Positions 23,112 through 40,316 of a stretch of 64,000 nt of DNA are shown here, in pieces. The position numbers were made by a program, and so were the translations under genes. The DNA lies in the NCBI GenBank assembly GCA_051294375.1, contig CM119271.1:10006291-10070290 (forward strand), read 5' to 3'. Source of the stretch: Paraspadella gotoi (Eukaryota; Animalia; Chaetognatha). Below the pieces are notes generated by a model. The model ran no database searches and was not told the origin of the DNA. It saw only the letters and a list, made by a program, of their open reading frames with translations. Every line of letters begins with the position of its first letter. Position 1 is the stretch's first letter.

Positions 23112-26100
23112 TCAGGATGACTGGCAAAAGATATTTTGAGCCTGAATTTGGTCGGAGCGTTGAAGACCGACGAGTTTGCAAACGCGTTTATGATTCGCCC
23201 AGTTCACGCCCTAAGGGGAAGGAGGTGATAAAGAACGATTGTACGAAAAATGTCTGGCATGATGAACCCGATCTTAATATCATCGTTACCTGGCAACTCG
23301 TATCGCAATACGAAGCGACTTTGCACCGTTTACATTTCATGAGGCGCTTCTTCTCCGCGACGGCGTCTCGCCCGCACTCGAAACAAATGAACGTAGTTTC
23401 CAGCGGAAGAACGCCACCTGCCATTTACAAATAAATATCATTTTCAATGTAATACATGAAATATAAACTAATTACTAGCATTTGAAATATTATTTCACTT
23501 TTTCTTCACAAACGCGGATTCGTAAAACAAAAAACAAAAAACAAAACATTTTTACCCGACAATCTGCTTTTCAGCAACATGGTGTTCCATCCAGTTTCTG
23601 AGAGCCCCAAGAGACGCAAGGTTCGCTCGTTGAGAACAATCGGTCCGTCGCCAAACAAGTTTTCTACGAGGAAATTTGTAAACAAATCATCGAATCCGCG
23701 AAACAGGAATAACAAAAAAAAAAAAAAAAAAGATGGATCGATCCATTTTCGACTCTCTTCACCGTGAATCTTAGCTCCCTTTTCGGTCCCGTTCTCGGCG
23801 TGACGAGGCGACGTCGCCTTGTCCATCGTCGCCGTTTTGGGATTTCGCGAGGCGGCGCCGTCTCCGAGTCCGTCGACGCCGTTGACGCCGTCTCCGAGTC
23901 CGTCGACGCCGTTGGCGACGATGGAATCGACGGCGGCGGTCACGTGACTCGTCTCGCGCGCCACTTCCTCCTCGGATCGGGATGGCGAAGTCACGTGGGG
24001 CGGAGGCGGCGTCACGCCCAACTTTTGAATCTGGGCATTGGCCTTTCGCTTTCGGCTCTGCACGCCTTCATTCTCTGCCGAAACGGGAGAAAAAATCTTT
24101 TTTTGAATATTGTAGTTTTTATGTGGAATCTCGATTTTTCGAGATTTACATTTTTCTAAGGTCATGCTTACTTTTTGTTAACTTATTAAATAGTAAATAT
24201 TCGAAAATCACTAACCTTGGTAAGCAGACGAAGATTCGACCTTCTTCGTTTTCGGCGACTTTTCTTTAATTTTTGGTTGATTGGTTGCCTTGATATAGAA
24301 ATGACTCACGTGAGAAAATCAAAATGTTACATATCTAAAGAGGTTCTACAATTTATCTACTTTGTGTATTTTTCTCTCTTTTCGTAGTTTATCTACTTTA
24401 TTTTATTTCAATTTTGTTAATACTGTTTCTAGTATTAATAAAAAAAAAATATATATATATATATTTACTTTAATCAATTTCAATGTTTTCTCCACGTTCT
24501 TACCTTCTCTCGGATGACCGGCTCCATCTTAAGCGGGCTGTCGGCCTTGAACGTGAAAGTCTCTTGCGAAGGAAGATGATCGTTTCCTCCATAAGATCCT
24601 TGGTGTTGTTCTTTTTTCGATCCGACGCCGGGAGATTTGAGGATCACTTTGGAAGGTTTGACCTCGGCGTCGAAAGCGGAGGCGGCGACAGGCTCCGCCA
24701 CGAAAGCCTTTACACCACTTCGGTCCTCCGTGCCCCGACCGACTTCGCCACCTGGTTGTGGAGCCTGCGCCAAAATTTCTTTGGCCGCCTCGATGGCTTT
24801 TTGAGCCTCGGCCGCCGCCTTCTTGGCGGTATCTAGCGCAACTATTTCCTCTTTGTCCTCCTTTGCTCTCCCAGTGGACTTCTTCGAGGCTATCTCCTTT
24901 GCTTCATTATTGTCTTCACTGATAGACGTTCGTTCTGCCTTCTTTTCAGCTTCCCTTGCAGCAGATCCAATAGGAACTGCTGTGAAAAGATCAAACGCAT
25001 CAATATCGTCGTCGTTGTCATTTAAAGCTTGTTCAGCTTCCTTTTCAGCTTCCCTCGCAGCAGATCCAATAGGAACTGCTGTGAAAAGATCAAATGCATC
25101 AATATCGTCGTCGTTGTCATTTAAAGCTTGTTCAGCTTCCTTTTCCGCCTCCCTCGCAGCAGATCCAAGAGGAACTGCTGTAAAAAGATCAAACGCATCA
25201 ATATCATTGTCATTGTCTTTTAAAACCTTTTCTGATTCTCTTTCTGCTTCTTTCTCAGCTTCTCTTGCAGCAGACCCAATAGGAACTGCTGTGAAAAGAT
25301 CAAATGCATCAACATCATCCTCATCATCACCCGTTTCTCTTTCCGCTACTTTCTCCGCTTCTCTTGCAGCAGACCCAATAGGAACTGCTGTGAAAAGATC
25401 AAATGCATCAATTTCTTCTTCACTGTTATTGGTTTCTTTTTCAGCCTTTAATTCGGCTTCTCTCGCGGCAGAACCAATTGGAACGGCAGTAAAAAGATCA
25501 AAAGCATCGATTTCGTCAACATTCTCACTGGATGCTTTCTCTGCCTCCTTCTCTGCTTCCCTAGCTGCTGACCCAATCGGGACTGCCGTGAAAAGATCAA
25601 ACGCATCAACTTCGTCTTCATTGTCATTCGACATTGTCTCTGCTTTTTTTTCAGCTTCCCTTGCAGCAGAGCCAATAGGAACCGCAGTGAAAAGATCAAA
25701 CGCGTCTATTTCATCGTCATTCTGATCCAATACTTTTCCCGCCCGTTTTCGAGCCTCACCTGCAACAGCTTTCGATCTCTCTGCCTTTTTGTCTTCGCCG
25801 CTCTTCTTCACGGTTTTCGCAGGCCGCGGAGACTTTTTCACCGACTTGGGAATTTTCTCTGCGACAGAATTATCCGTTATCGCTTGTCGCGCGAGTTCGT
25901 TGGCCCTTCGCACGTGGAACGCGGTTTCAGCGTCTTCGAAACGACGCTGCTCTGTCCAAACGCTCTGGAGGCTCAGACACGAAACTGGATCGATTTCGAC
26001 GGCCTTCTTTTTGAGATCTTTTCCCGCAACTGCATTCGCCGATTGGTCGAAGTCGTTTGAACGCTCCTTCGCACCACGCGCGCTTCCCCGCGAGCCCCAG

Positions 26101-28938
26101 TTGACATCTTTAGAGAGAGCATCATCGTATCGCGTTTGATCAAACCAAATGGATTCTTGTCTCAGGGCCGTCAACAAAAGCTCTTCGTTGGAAGTAACAG
26201 GTTTTCTTTCCTTACTACATCCGGAATAAAAGAACGGATAAGGAAGGGAACCAGCCTCTGGTTGATCTCTTGATCTTTTGATCTTCGATGGAACCGGATT
26301 CGCTTTGGCAATTGGCGAAGATTGGACCACGCGCGCGGCGTCTTTCTTTTGAGATTCCTCGCTCCTTGCAGAGAGAGAGGCGGCCAAGGCTTCCTCGTAA
26401 CGGCTGTGATCGAACCAGATAGATTCGCGGTTAAGTGGCGAGTCCGACTCGATCTTCACCCCCAACGCCCGCTGTTCCACTCGTTTAGCCTCGTTCAAAG
26501 CTTCTTCGTATCGCGGCCGCTCAAACCAGACGTTCTCATGAGCCAAACCAGATAGGATCCTCGGAGGGACAGGTCGCGTCGATGCATCATCCACGATCGG
26601 GGCCTCGCTCCGCGGAGCCTCGTTGATCGAGTGCGAGAGGGCCACCGCCAGCGCCATCTCCGCGGCCTCGTAAACGGGCCGTTTTAGCCAAACGTCGTTG
26701 CAAGTGAGACCGAGTTTTTTCGGACCCTGCAATATTATAAAATATTTTGAAAAAAGGTAATTAATACATTTTGGCCCAAGGTTTTTTTTTTTAATTTATT
26801 AGTTTTCACCCTTACCTCAGCACGATCCTGAAGATTTTCGGAACCGGAAGGATCGTCTCTGCCGTCACCACCTCCTCCTCCTCCTCCTCCTCCACCACCA
26901 CAACCCGCTCCACCCTTCTTCCCGCTCCTTTTCTCCTCTCTACTTTTCTTATCCCCTTCGCTTTTCTTAGCGTCCTTCTTCTTCTCTCCTTTCTTTCCTT
27001 TCTCCGCCTTTCCTTCGGATCGCGAGGCCTCGCTCTCGGCCGCATCGACGTTTCCGGAAGCGACCGTGGGGGAAACCGCGGCGGCTTGTGGCGAGGCTTT
27101 CTTTTTTTCCAATTTTCCCTTCTTTCCCTCTTTCTTTCTACTCTTCGCCGGCGCGGCGGCGTCGGGGCTCGTGGCCGTGGCGACGACGACCGCTGCCGCG
27201 GGACCCGGCGACGCCGCAGTCGTCCTAACCATCGGCGCTGCGTCTTCGAACGCGACACGCTTCGGCGCGACCATGGGCGGAGACGTCACGTTATCGTTCA
27301 TTTTAATCTGAGATTTTTGGCGAAATCGAAGCGGAATATTTGTTATTAAAAACAGATTTACCGTAGCCCCGAAATATTAGATTATGTTGTAGACAACAGT
27401 CGTACGAGCCCTCTTTTCCGTGTGTGATCCAATGAACGTTAAAAAAATCAATACCAAGATCTCGCAAAACGCGCAGATTTTTGTAAGGTTATGCGGGCTC
27501 CTCTGGGTTTTGGGAATGAGCCAGAGAGAAATTAGATTTAGTCGTTGGTTTTTTGTCATTCCTCAGTAGGATTTTTTTCTCCCAAATTTATTTAAAAAAA
27601 AAAAAAACAAGAAAAAATTCGTACGTCATTTAAAATTGTAGTAGCAGTAGTGGTTGTTTTTTCTGTTTTGTTTGGTTTTCGTCTTCGGTTTTTCATCTTC
27701 CGTTTTCATTCTACGATAGTATCATATTCAGCAGTATTTTTAAGCGATTTTTTTCATAATTGTGTCTTTAATTTATTCGTCATTGCATTTATTTTGGCAT
27801 TTACCTTACAATAAATATAGGTTTATTATTGTTTAAAACTTAAAAGGGAATAAAGTTATTTTTAATTTAAAAGTATTCAAGATTATAAAAAGCTTTTTGA
27901 GAAAATTAAGAGATTAACAATTGATGTATGATCTGGCAATAAAAAAAAAATAAAAGAGTCAGTTTTTAATCGTCGCCGAGTTGAGTCCTTAAAACGGACG
28001 AGCGACATCGGTGATTGATACTTTTTTCTCAACAAATTTTATATTTTATAATTTTTATTATAATTTTATATCTCCCTAAAATTATTCTATAAACCACAAA
28101 GAATTCCCCCCCCTCCTGCCTTGGACTTACCTCTCCGTCTGTGGTCGAGACCGAAGGTTGCATCCGCAGTTCGAGGAGCGGGACGTCGGAGGTCGAGGCT
28201 GGTTCCGGCTGCACCATGGAATGGTCGACGTGGACGAAATCATCCTGTAACCAGAAAAAAAAAAGCATCATCCCATTCTTAATCTTATGTTTGAGGTATT
28301 TCCTAATACAATAGTTAACCTCTACTCCAAAATATTAAACCAACAAAACAACCCACACGAACGCTCACCTTCGATCCCGAGGAATCGTTTCGTCCTAATT
28401 CGCCCGCCGAAATATCGTCCCCGCTAGCGACGTCCGCGTCCGGCGTCCCGGCCGACATTCCGAACACGGCCGAATCCGTCGCCGGAGTTACCAAATCCTC
28501 TGTTAGTTTCGCAAAGAAGAGCACCGAATTTAAATTCTCAAATTAAAACCAGAAGGGCAACCACAACAACCAAAGCAACAACTCACCAGTGGCGTCCTCG
28601 CGATTCGCGGTCCGGTCGGTGAATTTCGCCGAAGACTCGTTGGAATCGGTGGCGATCCCGTTGCTTAGCAACGAGTCGTTGAGATCCTCGTCGTCGATGG
28701 GCGACGGCGTCGAGGCGGCGATGGGCGGCGGAAGCGACGATGTCGCCGCCGCGGCCGGGATTGAAGCGTCGGTCTTGGGTTTGGGCTTTTTAGGGGAGCG
28801 AAGTCCCGCTTGGATCTTCGAGGAGAGGGCTGAAAAGTGATGGGGGGGGGGAGGGTCGGGGTGAGTGAGAGATCCAAGTGAGTGGGCAATGTCAGGGAGA
28901 AACCTTCGCGAAGATTGATCATAAGAACGTCTATTCAT
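23112..28938 (-). CDS. Large low-complexity protein with eEF1B-delta-like N-terminal motif repeats, 8 acidic DAFDLF repeats and a C-terminal MYND zinc finger (start uncertain)
   Basis: Exons joined by GT-AG introns; MYND CFECG...MKCKRCKVASYCDTSCQ/GVNWANHKRVC; 750-aa ORF 24480-26732 holds the repeats. Confidence 0.7.
24935..25720 (-). repeat. Eight tandem coding repeats (~35-40 aa) with core DAFDLFTAVP(I/L)GSAAREAE
   Basis: Counted in the translation; DNA copies differ mainly at synonymous positions. Confidence 0.95.
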
Positions 28939-29142
28939 TTTGAATATTCAATGAATGAATGAATATTATTCATTCAGTTACAAATGAAACATTTGGCTAA
29001 GGGATTGATTGATCGATCGATATTTATTTTCCATTACCTTTCATTGCCTTACAAGGTCATTAGCTAAACAGACACGACTATTTATCATACGGAGTCAAGG
29101 GATACGCTAAAAACCCAAACGTTTATCAAAACTTTGTGTCCA

Positions 29143-29161
29143 ACACACACACACACACACA

Positions 29162-29226
<65 letters not shown>
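29143..29226. repeat. (CA)n microsatellite
   Basis: About 40 CA units with one interruption. Confidence 0.98.
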
Positions 29227-29229
<3 letters not shown>

Positions 29230-29234
29230 GGATC

Positions 29235-31184
29235 CTATGGACGCGACCCGCTAAAGAAGCTGGTTGGCTTTGACTTGGCGGCGACGGCGATCTCCTTCTG
29301 CTCCTTTTTCGTCGACGAAGGAAGGAAGAGAGAAACGGAAGCCGCGTTCATCTTCGATTCCACGATGGGACTTTGGAACAGAGTCCAGTGATATCCTCTG
29401 AGAAAAAGAAAGAGAAAGGCAAATGATAAGTTTCGACTTTGGAACAGAGTCCAGTGATATCCTCTGAGAAAAAGAAAGAGAAAAGGCAAAGGATTGGATT
29501 TCGATTTAGGAAATTGCATAAGCAAAAGAGATGGAGAGGAAAGTTACCTGCCGGGAACCTCGTGCTTCCCCGCCAATCGAATGGGTTGCATCGTTAGAAA
29601 ATGAGGATAATTGAGATAATCCAGAGCCAGATCGCACATCATTTTCATACCTGCGAATTAATTGGGTAATTTCATTTTAAATGATTTTAGTATTCGACCC
29701 GAAATATCTTTTTCTCGATCTTTCACCGATGGAAAAATAAATTCCATTCATCGATTTCAATGATTTCAAGCAAGCAGAGGTAAAATACATTTTTCCCGCC
29801 ACGAAGGATCGTTACCGTCGTCGTCCTTAGACCCCGTGACGTAGAGGACGCTGGCGACGGGGAGCATGGCGACGTGATCGCCCTTCACCTTCAGCTTCTT
29901 AATCGTCTCGGGGAGGCAGATCAAAGAGGCGCTCAGCTCGTCGGGAAGTTTGGCGCGGTACAGCGAGGTTCCCTGGAAAGGGGGCGCTCATTAGTTTATG
30001 GTCTTTGACTCGACCTCACTCTCCCCATCTCCAGTCCTCACCTGGACGGGCTTTTCCCACGCCTTCTTGATATTCCCCATTTCGAGAATCCTGGTCTTGA
30101 GATTCGATCGCGCCTCCTTCAAGGCGTCGAGGCCGAAGTTGTTCCTCCACTCGGTCACCTCCTCCTTCGTCACGTAGCGACGGAACTTGCCGTAGTTCAG
30201 CGCCAGAGTCAGGGCCACGAGCTCCGTCACGCTCTCTATCGGATCCTTTTGAGGATAGAAAACAAAAAAACCGTTGAACAAATGAAGAGCTCGGAAAAAA
30301 GATATAAACAAATGGCCCGTGCCTGGAAGATTGTCTCCTTGCAGCCGTGAGATATCATGGTGTCCTGGTAGGACTCGAACCATTGGGGAGTTTTGACCAT
30401 CGGGTAGAGTTGTTTGAGATCGGCGGCGTCGACGGTCATGGCCGGTTGAGAGTAGAACGTCAGTCCGTCGGTGGAATCGTTGATGATCTCTTTCACCTTG
30501 GAGGTTAAAAAGGTTTTTTTCATTGGAATCTCTTTCATTCTCTTTCTCTCTCAATTTTCCGCACCCATGAACACGAAGACGTCAGACCCATCTCCGCGAG
30601 AGTTATCTCTCAAAAAACATGATTTATTTGGTTTTCGAAAAAAAAAAATTAAACAAAAACAAGTAAAAATAAGAATCGATAGGGTAGAGAATAGTTTGTC
30701 TAATAGAGACGGAATCTATGAGGGAATTGTGTCGAGAATTGTGATCAATCATTCCATGGTTGGAGCTAGACTTTCTGCCACGCCTTTACTCTCAATCATT
30801 ACCCGCAGGATTCGCCCCATAACAATTGACCGACAGGAAAGTTGAGAAAGACGATACTAATCCGCTCACCTTTTCCAAATTAATGTCGGCGCCGTAGGAG
30901 AGCATGCATTGGTAGCGATTCTGCAAGTACATCTTGCCGATATTCTCGGGATTGAGCTTGTTCTTGAAGAGGATGCAAAAGTTGTCGTGATCGAGTTCGA
31001 AGTCGAACTTATCGCCGTAGGACTCGTTGACGGAGGCCAGCGCCATCTCGGCGAACTGCGGTCGCAACAGAAAAGGGGCGGAGGAAGCGGGGGACGCCAT
31101 TGGGGCGGCGGAGGCGTTGGCGGAGCGGGGATGCGAGACGGGGAACGGCGGTTCTGGTTGAGACGAACTGCAGGAGCACCCCAT
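29235..31184 (-). CDS. Putatively N-acylated protein with a bacterial-like DUF1444/YtpQ-type domain (6 exons)
   Basis: MGCSCSS N-terminus; spliced ALKEARSNL...SASLICLPETIKKLKVKGDHVAMLPVASVLYVTGSKDDDGMKMMCDLA...PHFLTMQPIRL; family call from memory. Confidence 0.65.
29369..29500. repeat. 66-bp tandem duplication spanning a 3' splice acceptor
   Basis: gactttggaacagagtccagtgatatcctctgagaaaaagaaagagaaa at 29369 and 29435. Confidence 0.92.
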
Positions 31185-31512
31185 CAACCGGGCGCCGAGT
31201 AAGGGGGCGAGATGGAAGCGGGGAAGCGGCGACGAGGGAGGGAGAGAAAATTTTGTGTAAAGGATGAAGAGATTAAATAATTTGGGTTTTTTGCCGCTGC
31301 GGATTTTTTTTTGGTCGAGTTTTTTTTTATGCTTTGAGGTAAATTTAGCGGATTCAAAAACGAATTGGAATGTGTTAACCTCGAAAAAAAAAACTAGAAA
31401 ACAACAAAAGGGGCAAATTTAATCGTTAGAGATCACAATCGAACGAATATAATTCAAAAACAGACGTGATGAAATGTAAAACAGTCGGAAAAAAAAACGT
31501 CACACAAGCCCG

Positions 31513-33646
31513 TCACGTTTTGTTTCTGACATCGACGGCCAAGAGACGCTCGGCCTCTACGGCGATTTCCGCGTGAATGTCGTTGACTTCGGACTGCGTC
31601 AAGGCCCGACTCATGTGACGATAAACAATGCGGTAGGCGTGGCTCCATCGCCGAGTCTTGGGGTGATAAAACTCGTCGAAGAGCTTGACCTGTTCGATGA
31701 CGTCGCCGCCGACGGCGCGGACAATCTCGCAAAAGTCATTCGAATCGAAATCGCTCTTGGGGGTGGGGGGCGGCGAAATAGCAGAAACGTTCAATATTCC
31801 TTCTATAATTCTACAAGTTTGAAAAAAGGTTTCAAATTCTCTCACCGATTCCTCCGGCAGCCAAAACGACATGTCGTTGAAAATTTGAGGAAATTTGCTA
31901 ATTGGGACGAACTTAAAGGAGTCTCCGGGAGTCTTCCCCTCGAACTGCGACACAAATCCCGAGTCCGTCGTCCAAAAGAGTCGAATGTCAGGGATTCCGA
32001 AGAGCACCATGGCGAGGCGCTCCAGGCCGAGACCAAAGGCCCATCCAACACGATTCTCGACGCCGGCCGAGGAGATGATGGGCTGCTCGACGACGCCGCA
32101 GCCGAGGACTTCCAACCAGTCGTCGTCGTAGAAGACTTCCATCTCCCAGCTGGGGTGGGTGAAGGGGAAGTAGGCGTCGACCCATCTAAAGGGGGGACGA
32201 AGGGTTGAAGTTCCAATTATTTCGGAGACACAAAAAATGAGAAATTTAACCTGATATCGATTTTCTTTCCAAAGAGATAATGGGCCAATCCAGTTAGAGT
32301 CGACTTGAGATGGAACTCGAGCATCTTGGCCGTCTCGGAAGAGTGATGTTGTTGTTTCGACGGGGTTCTGCTTCCGTTATCCTGCGGGAATTAAAACGCC
32401 TGATACGGTAATGCAATAAATACAACAAAAAACATTTGAGCCGGAAAACTAACTTCGAAAAGTTTGAGCCCTTCGACTTTTCGTCCGCTTTGATCCTTGA
32501 AAAGTTGAACGTCTGAGAATAATCTGACTCCTTCCATTTGATGGAAAACGGGGTAATGATTCTTGTCAATCCAGTCTCTTAAAATTAATTTTAATAAATT
32601 ATAACCGGTAAAGTTTAAAATTTTTTCCAAATTAATTAAAATTAAATTTTACCTCCTGTAAACATCACCGACCAATAGGAAACTGTTTAGCCCGCTTCGG
32701 ATGAGATCTTTCTGGCAGAAACAAATGGTTTATAAATATTTAAAAAAATATAAAAATGTTAAAAAAATAATTTATACTAACTTTTAGTGCAAAAACTAAA
32801 ATAGAATCGATAAAGCAAAAAACATCAAAAGACAAAACCTTCAAATCGCCATAACCCAAATTATTTTTTTCACATCGAAAAACACAAAAAGATAAATCTG
32901 GGAAACCTGATGCGCGGACGTGTGCGCCCTCAACATCATCTTCTCGTTGATGTAGTAAGAGTCGGTGTTTTTCCGACTCACGTGATCGAGAGGAACGAGG
33001 AGATCGTCGAAGTTCATCTCCGTCGTCACCACGGGATTCAAATTGTCGAAGACCGAGTGAATGGAATCGTCCCTGGGCGAAGGAGACGACTAAATTGAGC
33101 GAGTTGATTGAGCGATCGTTTGAGATTCTACACACTTCGGGGGAACTGACTTCCCCCTTCACTCGGGTTTTTCCCTCACTTGTGAAGAACGAAATCCTTT
33201 TGGTTTTGCTCGAAGAATCTCTCGATTTTTTTCCGCAGAAGGAAGAGAGGATGATGCGGTTGGGCGTGCAAGTTGCTTCCCAACTTTGACAAGACGTTCG
33301 GAGAGAGATTCGTCCACTCATCGACGGGGTAGTGTCGTCCGTTGACTGAGGTTGAGATCGAAAGGGAGGAAGGATTTGAAGGATCCGTGAAGAGGAAACG
33401 AGACAATTTTCAAATCGCCCCCCAAATTCCCGCGAAATTACCTTCGATTCGTCCGTCCTTGATGAGAAGACCCACGTCGATGTTGGGCCGACGATTCCGC
33501 GCCGCCGACACATAACGCCATCTTTTGAAGACGTTGGGGCAAGAGAGGGCGCCGCAGCGAGGCGAAAAAATTTCTCCGAGTTCCGGACAAAAAGTCGTGG
33601 GAAGAGGACGAGTGTGAAGGCGGGAAAACAAATGACCGACCCTCAT
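31513..33646 (-). CDS. FARS2: Mitochondrial phenylalanyl-tRNA ligase (multi-exon)
   Basis: [56 protein letters not shown]-terminal FDX-ACB domain. Confidence 0.96.
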
Positions 33647-34015
33647 GATTCAAAATAACAGGGGTGGGGGACGCAAGTCCGAACACCCGAAATCTATGGA
33701 ATGAATCAAACAGTCGATAAAAATAATAAATTTAAAACGAGATTAAAAAAAAACAAATCTGAAGTAAAATGTATCTAACTGTAAACTTTGTTTGGTTTTG
33801 AAAGTCTGATAAAATAAAAGTAACGATATGGCGCAATTCACTACCGAAATTCACGCCAATTTTTCACTTTTACATATAAATTGAGCCGAGGAGTCATGAA
33901 AAATCTTTTAATGGAAAAAACCAAAACAAAATAACAAAGAATGTTGAGATTTCTTCATGTCGAAGTCGTCAAATCTGGAGGGAATCAATGGTTCGTAACA
34001 AATTTTCTTCGGAAA

Positions 34016-37727
<3,712 letters not shown>

Positions 37728-38064
37728 GGATCTATGGACAATGGCTTTAGTTGGAGTTCTCTCCCTACACCACCTCCTTTTTAGCGTCCTGCGCTAAAGT
37801 CAGTTCGATTCCATTTTAAGTGAAAAAGTTGCTAGAGAAAAACAAATCTCGAAAGTAACAACGACAGAGGCGAAAAGAACCACTAAAAAAGCTATAAGAG
37901 AAAGAAATAAAAGAAAAAATATTTGTTTTTTTCATTTACGTAGTCAAATAAGCCTTCTTAAGATTTTTCCGACGAAGGAATATAATTATAAAAGTTGCAA
38001 AATTACTCGTTTCACTATCTTTATTTTTTATTTTTTAGATTTAAAATAACTAATATTTATGATT

Positions 38065-40214
38065 TTATTTATTTGTTAAATAAACATTTTTCATGAGTAT
38101 ATTACAATACAATGGGCAACTTTTTTTATGTCTTTCGAGTCCTGTTTTTGAGTTGCAAGAATAACTACATTTTTCACAACTGAAACTGGGAGGACAACAT
38201 ATACGCTGATGTAAAATGAGCCCTTGAATGGTTGTGAATGTTCTACTACATTTTTTACATGTTTTAAGTTTCTGATGCTTAACTTGTTGCTCAGCCTCAT
38301 CTTTAGGCGTGTTAAAAGAAGGATGGGCGATATATTGATGGGACTCAAGACTTCTCTTCGTCGCGCCAACGTAACTACATAATTCACAACTGCGAAGTTA
38401 CAATTGTTCATGCTTCTCATGACGAGAAAATCATTTTAATGTCCTAGCACATATTTTTCTCTGCATCTTAACCCCATCGTTTTCATTGCCATAACTTAAC
38501 CCATTGGACATTTTTATGTCACGTAGAAGTTTTACGCATTTCGCATTTCGTTCGATGGACACGTTCATGAGAACATAATAGATCTTTACTTGTACAGAAA
38601 TAATTACAATTTCGCTCATAACAAAAGAAGAGATCATTGTGAACGGCAATTTCATGGCGGCGGAGAATTGTTTTGTTAAGAAAAACTAAACTGCACTCCT
38701 TGCAACGAACTGTCGGATTTGAATTTATTTGAGAAGAATCAGTGCCCAGCACACAATATGAAGATCTGAACGACTGCTTGTCTATGCAAGAAAAAGTGCA
38801 ACCTATCTCATTACAACCCACCATTTCCGGTTCATTTTTTTTAATTAGATTAGAGCTTGACTCAATCTGTATATTTTTAGACGAAACAGCATGATACTGC
38901 AAGAAATGTTTTTTAAGCTCTTGAAAATTTGAAAATTCCGAGGAACAAATTACACACTTTTGACTTTTATAGGTCCAATCGGGTAATCCTAAAAGATAAA
39001 AAATAATTCTTTTTGGTTAAATGCTAATTACGGTAGATACAAATCGTTCCAAGATGAATAAAAAAATCATGAATCTTACCGTGTCGTTTTTCACGATGTA
39101 ACAACAGGTTTTTCTTCCATTTCGTGCGCAAACAGCACAGGTCGCATTCATGGTTTTTTCCATCGTAATGGGTAAGATTGTGAAGATCCAAACATTTCTC
39201 GTACGGGGAAACAAAATGGCAAATGCTGCACTCGAAAATTGGCTTGAAATTCATAGGGCGACTGTATTTCAAAGAATTTTCTCCATCATGGCCATCATAC
39301 TTTCCATCCTCGTGATTTTGAAGGTGAACGTTGAAAAGGGATTCAGACTGAGAAGTAAAATTACACATGGAGCACCTATAGATCTTGCATCGAGAGCAGG
39401 TCCAGGAGGAACCGACGATCTCCGCGTTTCCTTGGTTCGATTGAACTCCGCAAAAGGAACAATCTACGTATTTGTCTCGGCGCTTGACTCGGGTCTTGAC
39501 TCGGGGCTGAGAGGATGGCAAAGGGATCTCGAGTCGACGTTTTTTGTGAACGTCGACGAGGTGGCTCAAAAGGGCAACGGGAGATCGACCCAAGAACGAA
39601 CAGAATTCGCATTTAAATTTCGTTTCGTTCTTCAAGTCGCATATCGTTTGATGTTGTTCATATTCTGATCGGTCGGCGGAGGCGAAGCCGCATTTGTCGC
39701 ATTTGAAGGGTTTTATCTCGGAACACTGTTGCGAAGGATCGAAGGAAGTCTCGTGACCCGTTTCATCCTCATATTTGATTAAATTTTCGTCGAACGAATG
39801 GCTCTCTTGACAATAAGGATCATCAACCGCGCAGGGCTCCTTTTTGAAATTTTCGTGCGTCACTTGGTTAAGAGCGATATGATCAGCGTCTGCGTTATTT
39901 TGATCGCATCCATTTTGAAGCTCTGCTAGGTGTTCCACTTTGAAATTGTCTGGAGAAAAATCTGTCTCTGTGTCAAGAACCGATTGGTACGAGCCGATAT
40001 TGCTATTGCATGGACGCCAAAGATAAGAGTCTGGATGACTCGAATCGGGTTGACCCGCAGATGGGCCTTGGAATTTTTCTTCGGGGCAACCGATTGGGTC
40101 GTCTTCGAACTTATTTACGACGGCTTCTCCATCAAACGTCATCACTGGTTTTTTAATTTCGTCAAAATATAAATCATTATCTGCGAAGGCATCGTGTTCA
40201 CAGTGCGTGTTCAT
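38065..40214 (-). CDS. C2H2 zinc finger protein (3 exons)
   Basis: Multiple CxxC-x12-HxxxH fingers (FKCDKCGF, FKCEFCSF, YRCSMCNF, CELCSYVGATKRSLESHQYIAH). Confidence 0.85.
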
Positions 40215-40316
40215 TTTTCCTTGTATAAAAAATAAAATAAAAATCTTAAAGCATAAGGATCGTCGCAATCGCATAAGAAAAATCTGGATTGTCGACAAAT
40301 TTTGATACTAAAAAAA

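Noticed and set aside
29134-29391. Thr-His repeat ORF
   Set aside because: Translation of a (CA)n microsatellite.
23112-31184. Single giant gene joining the DUF1444-like domain to the MYND gene
   Set aside because: In-frame TAG at 29235 with no convincing donor before it; treated as two genes, although an acceptor at ~28830 leaves the downstream start uncertain.
38431-38902. Apparent frameshifts/pseudogene in the zinc-finger gene
   Set aside because: A GT-AG intron (~38391-38522) restores the frame (TST/CELC).
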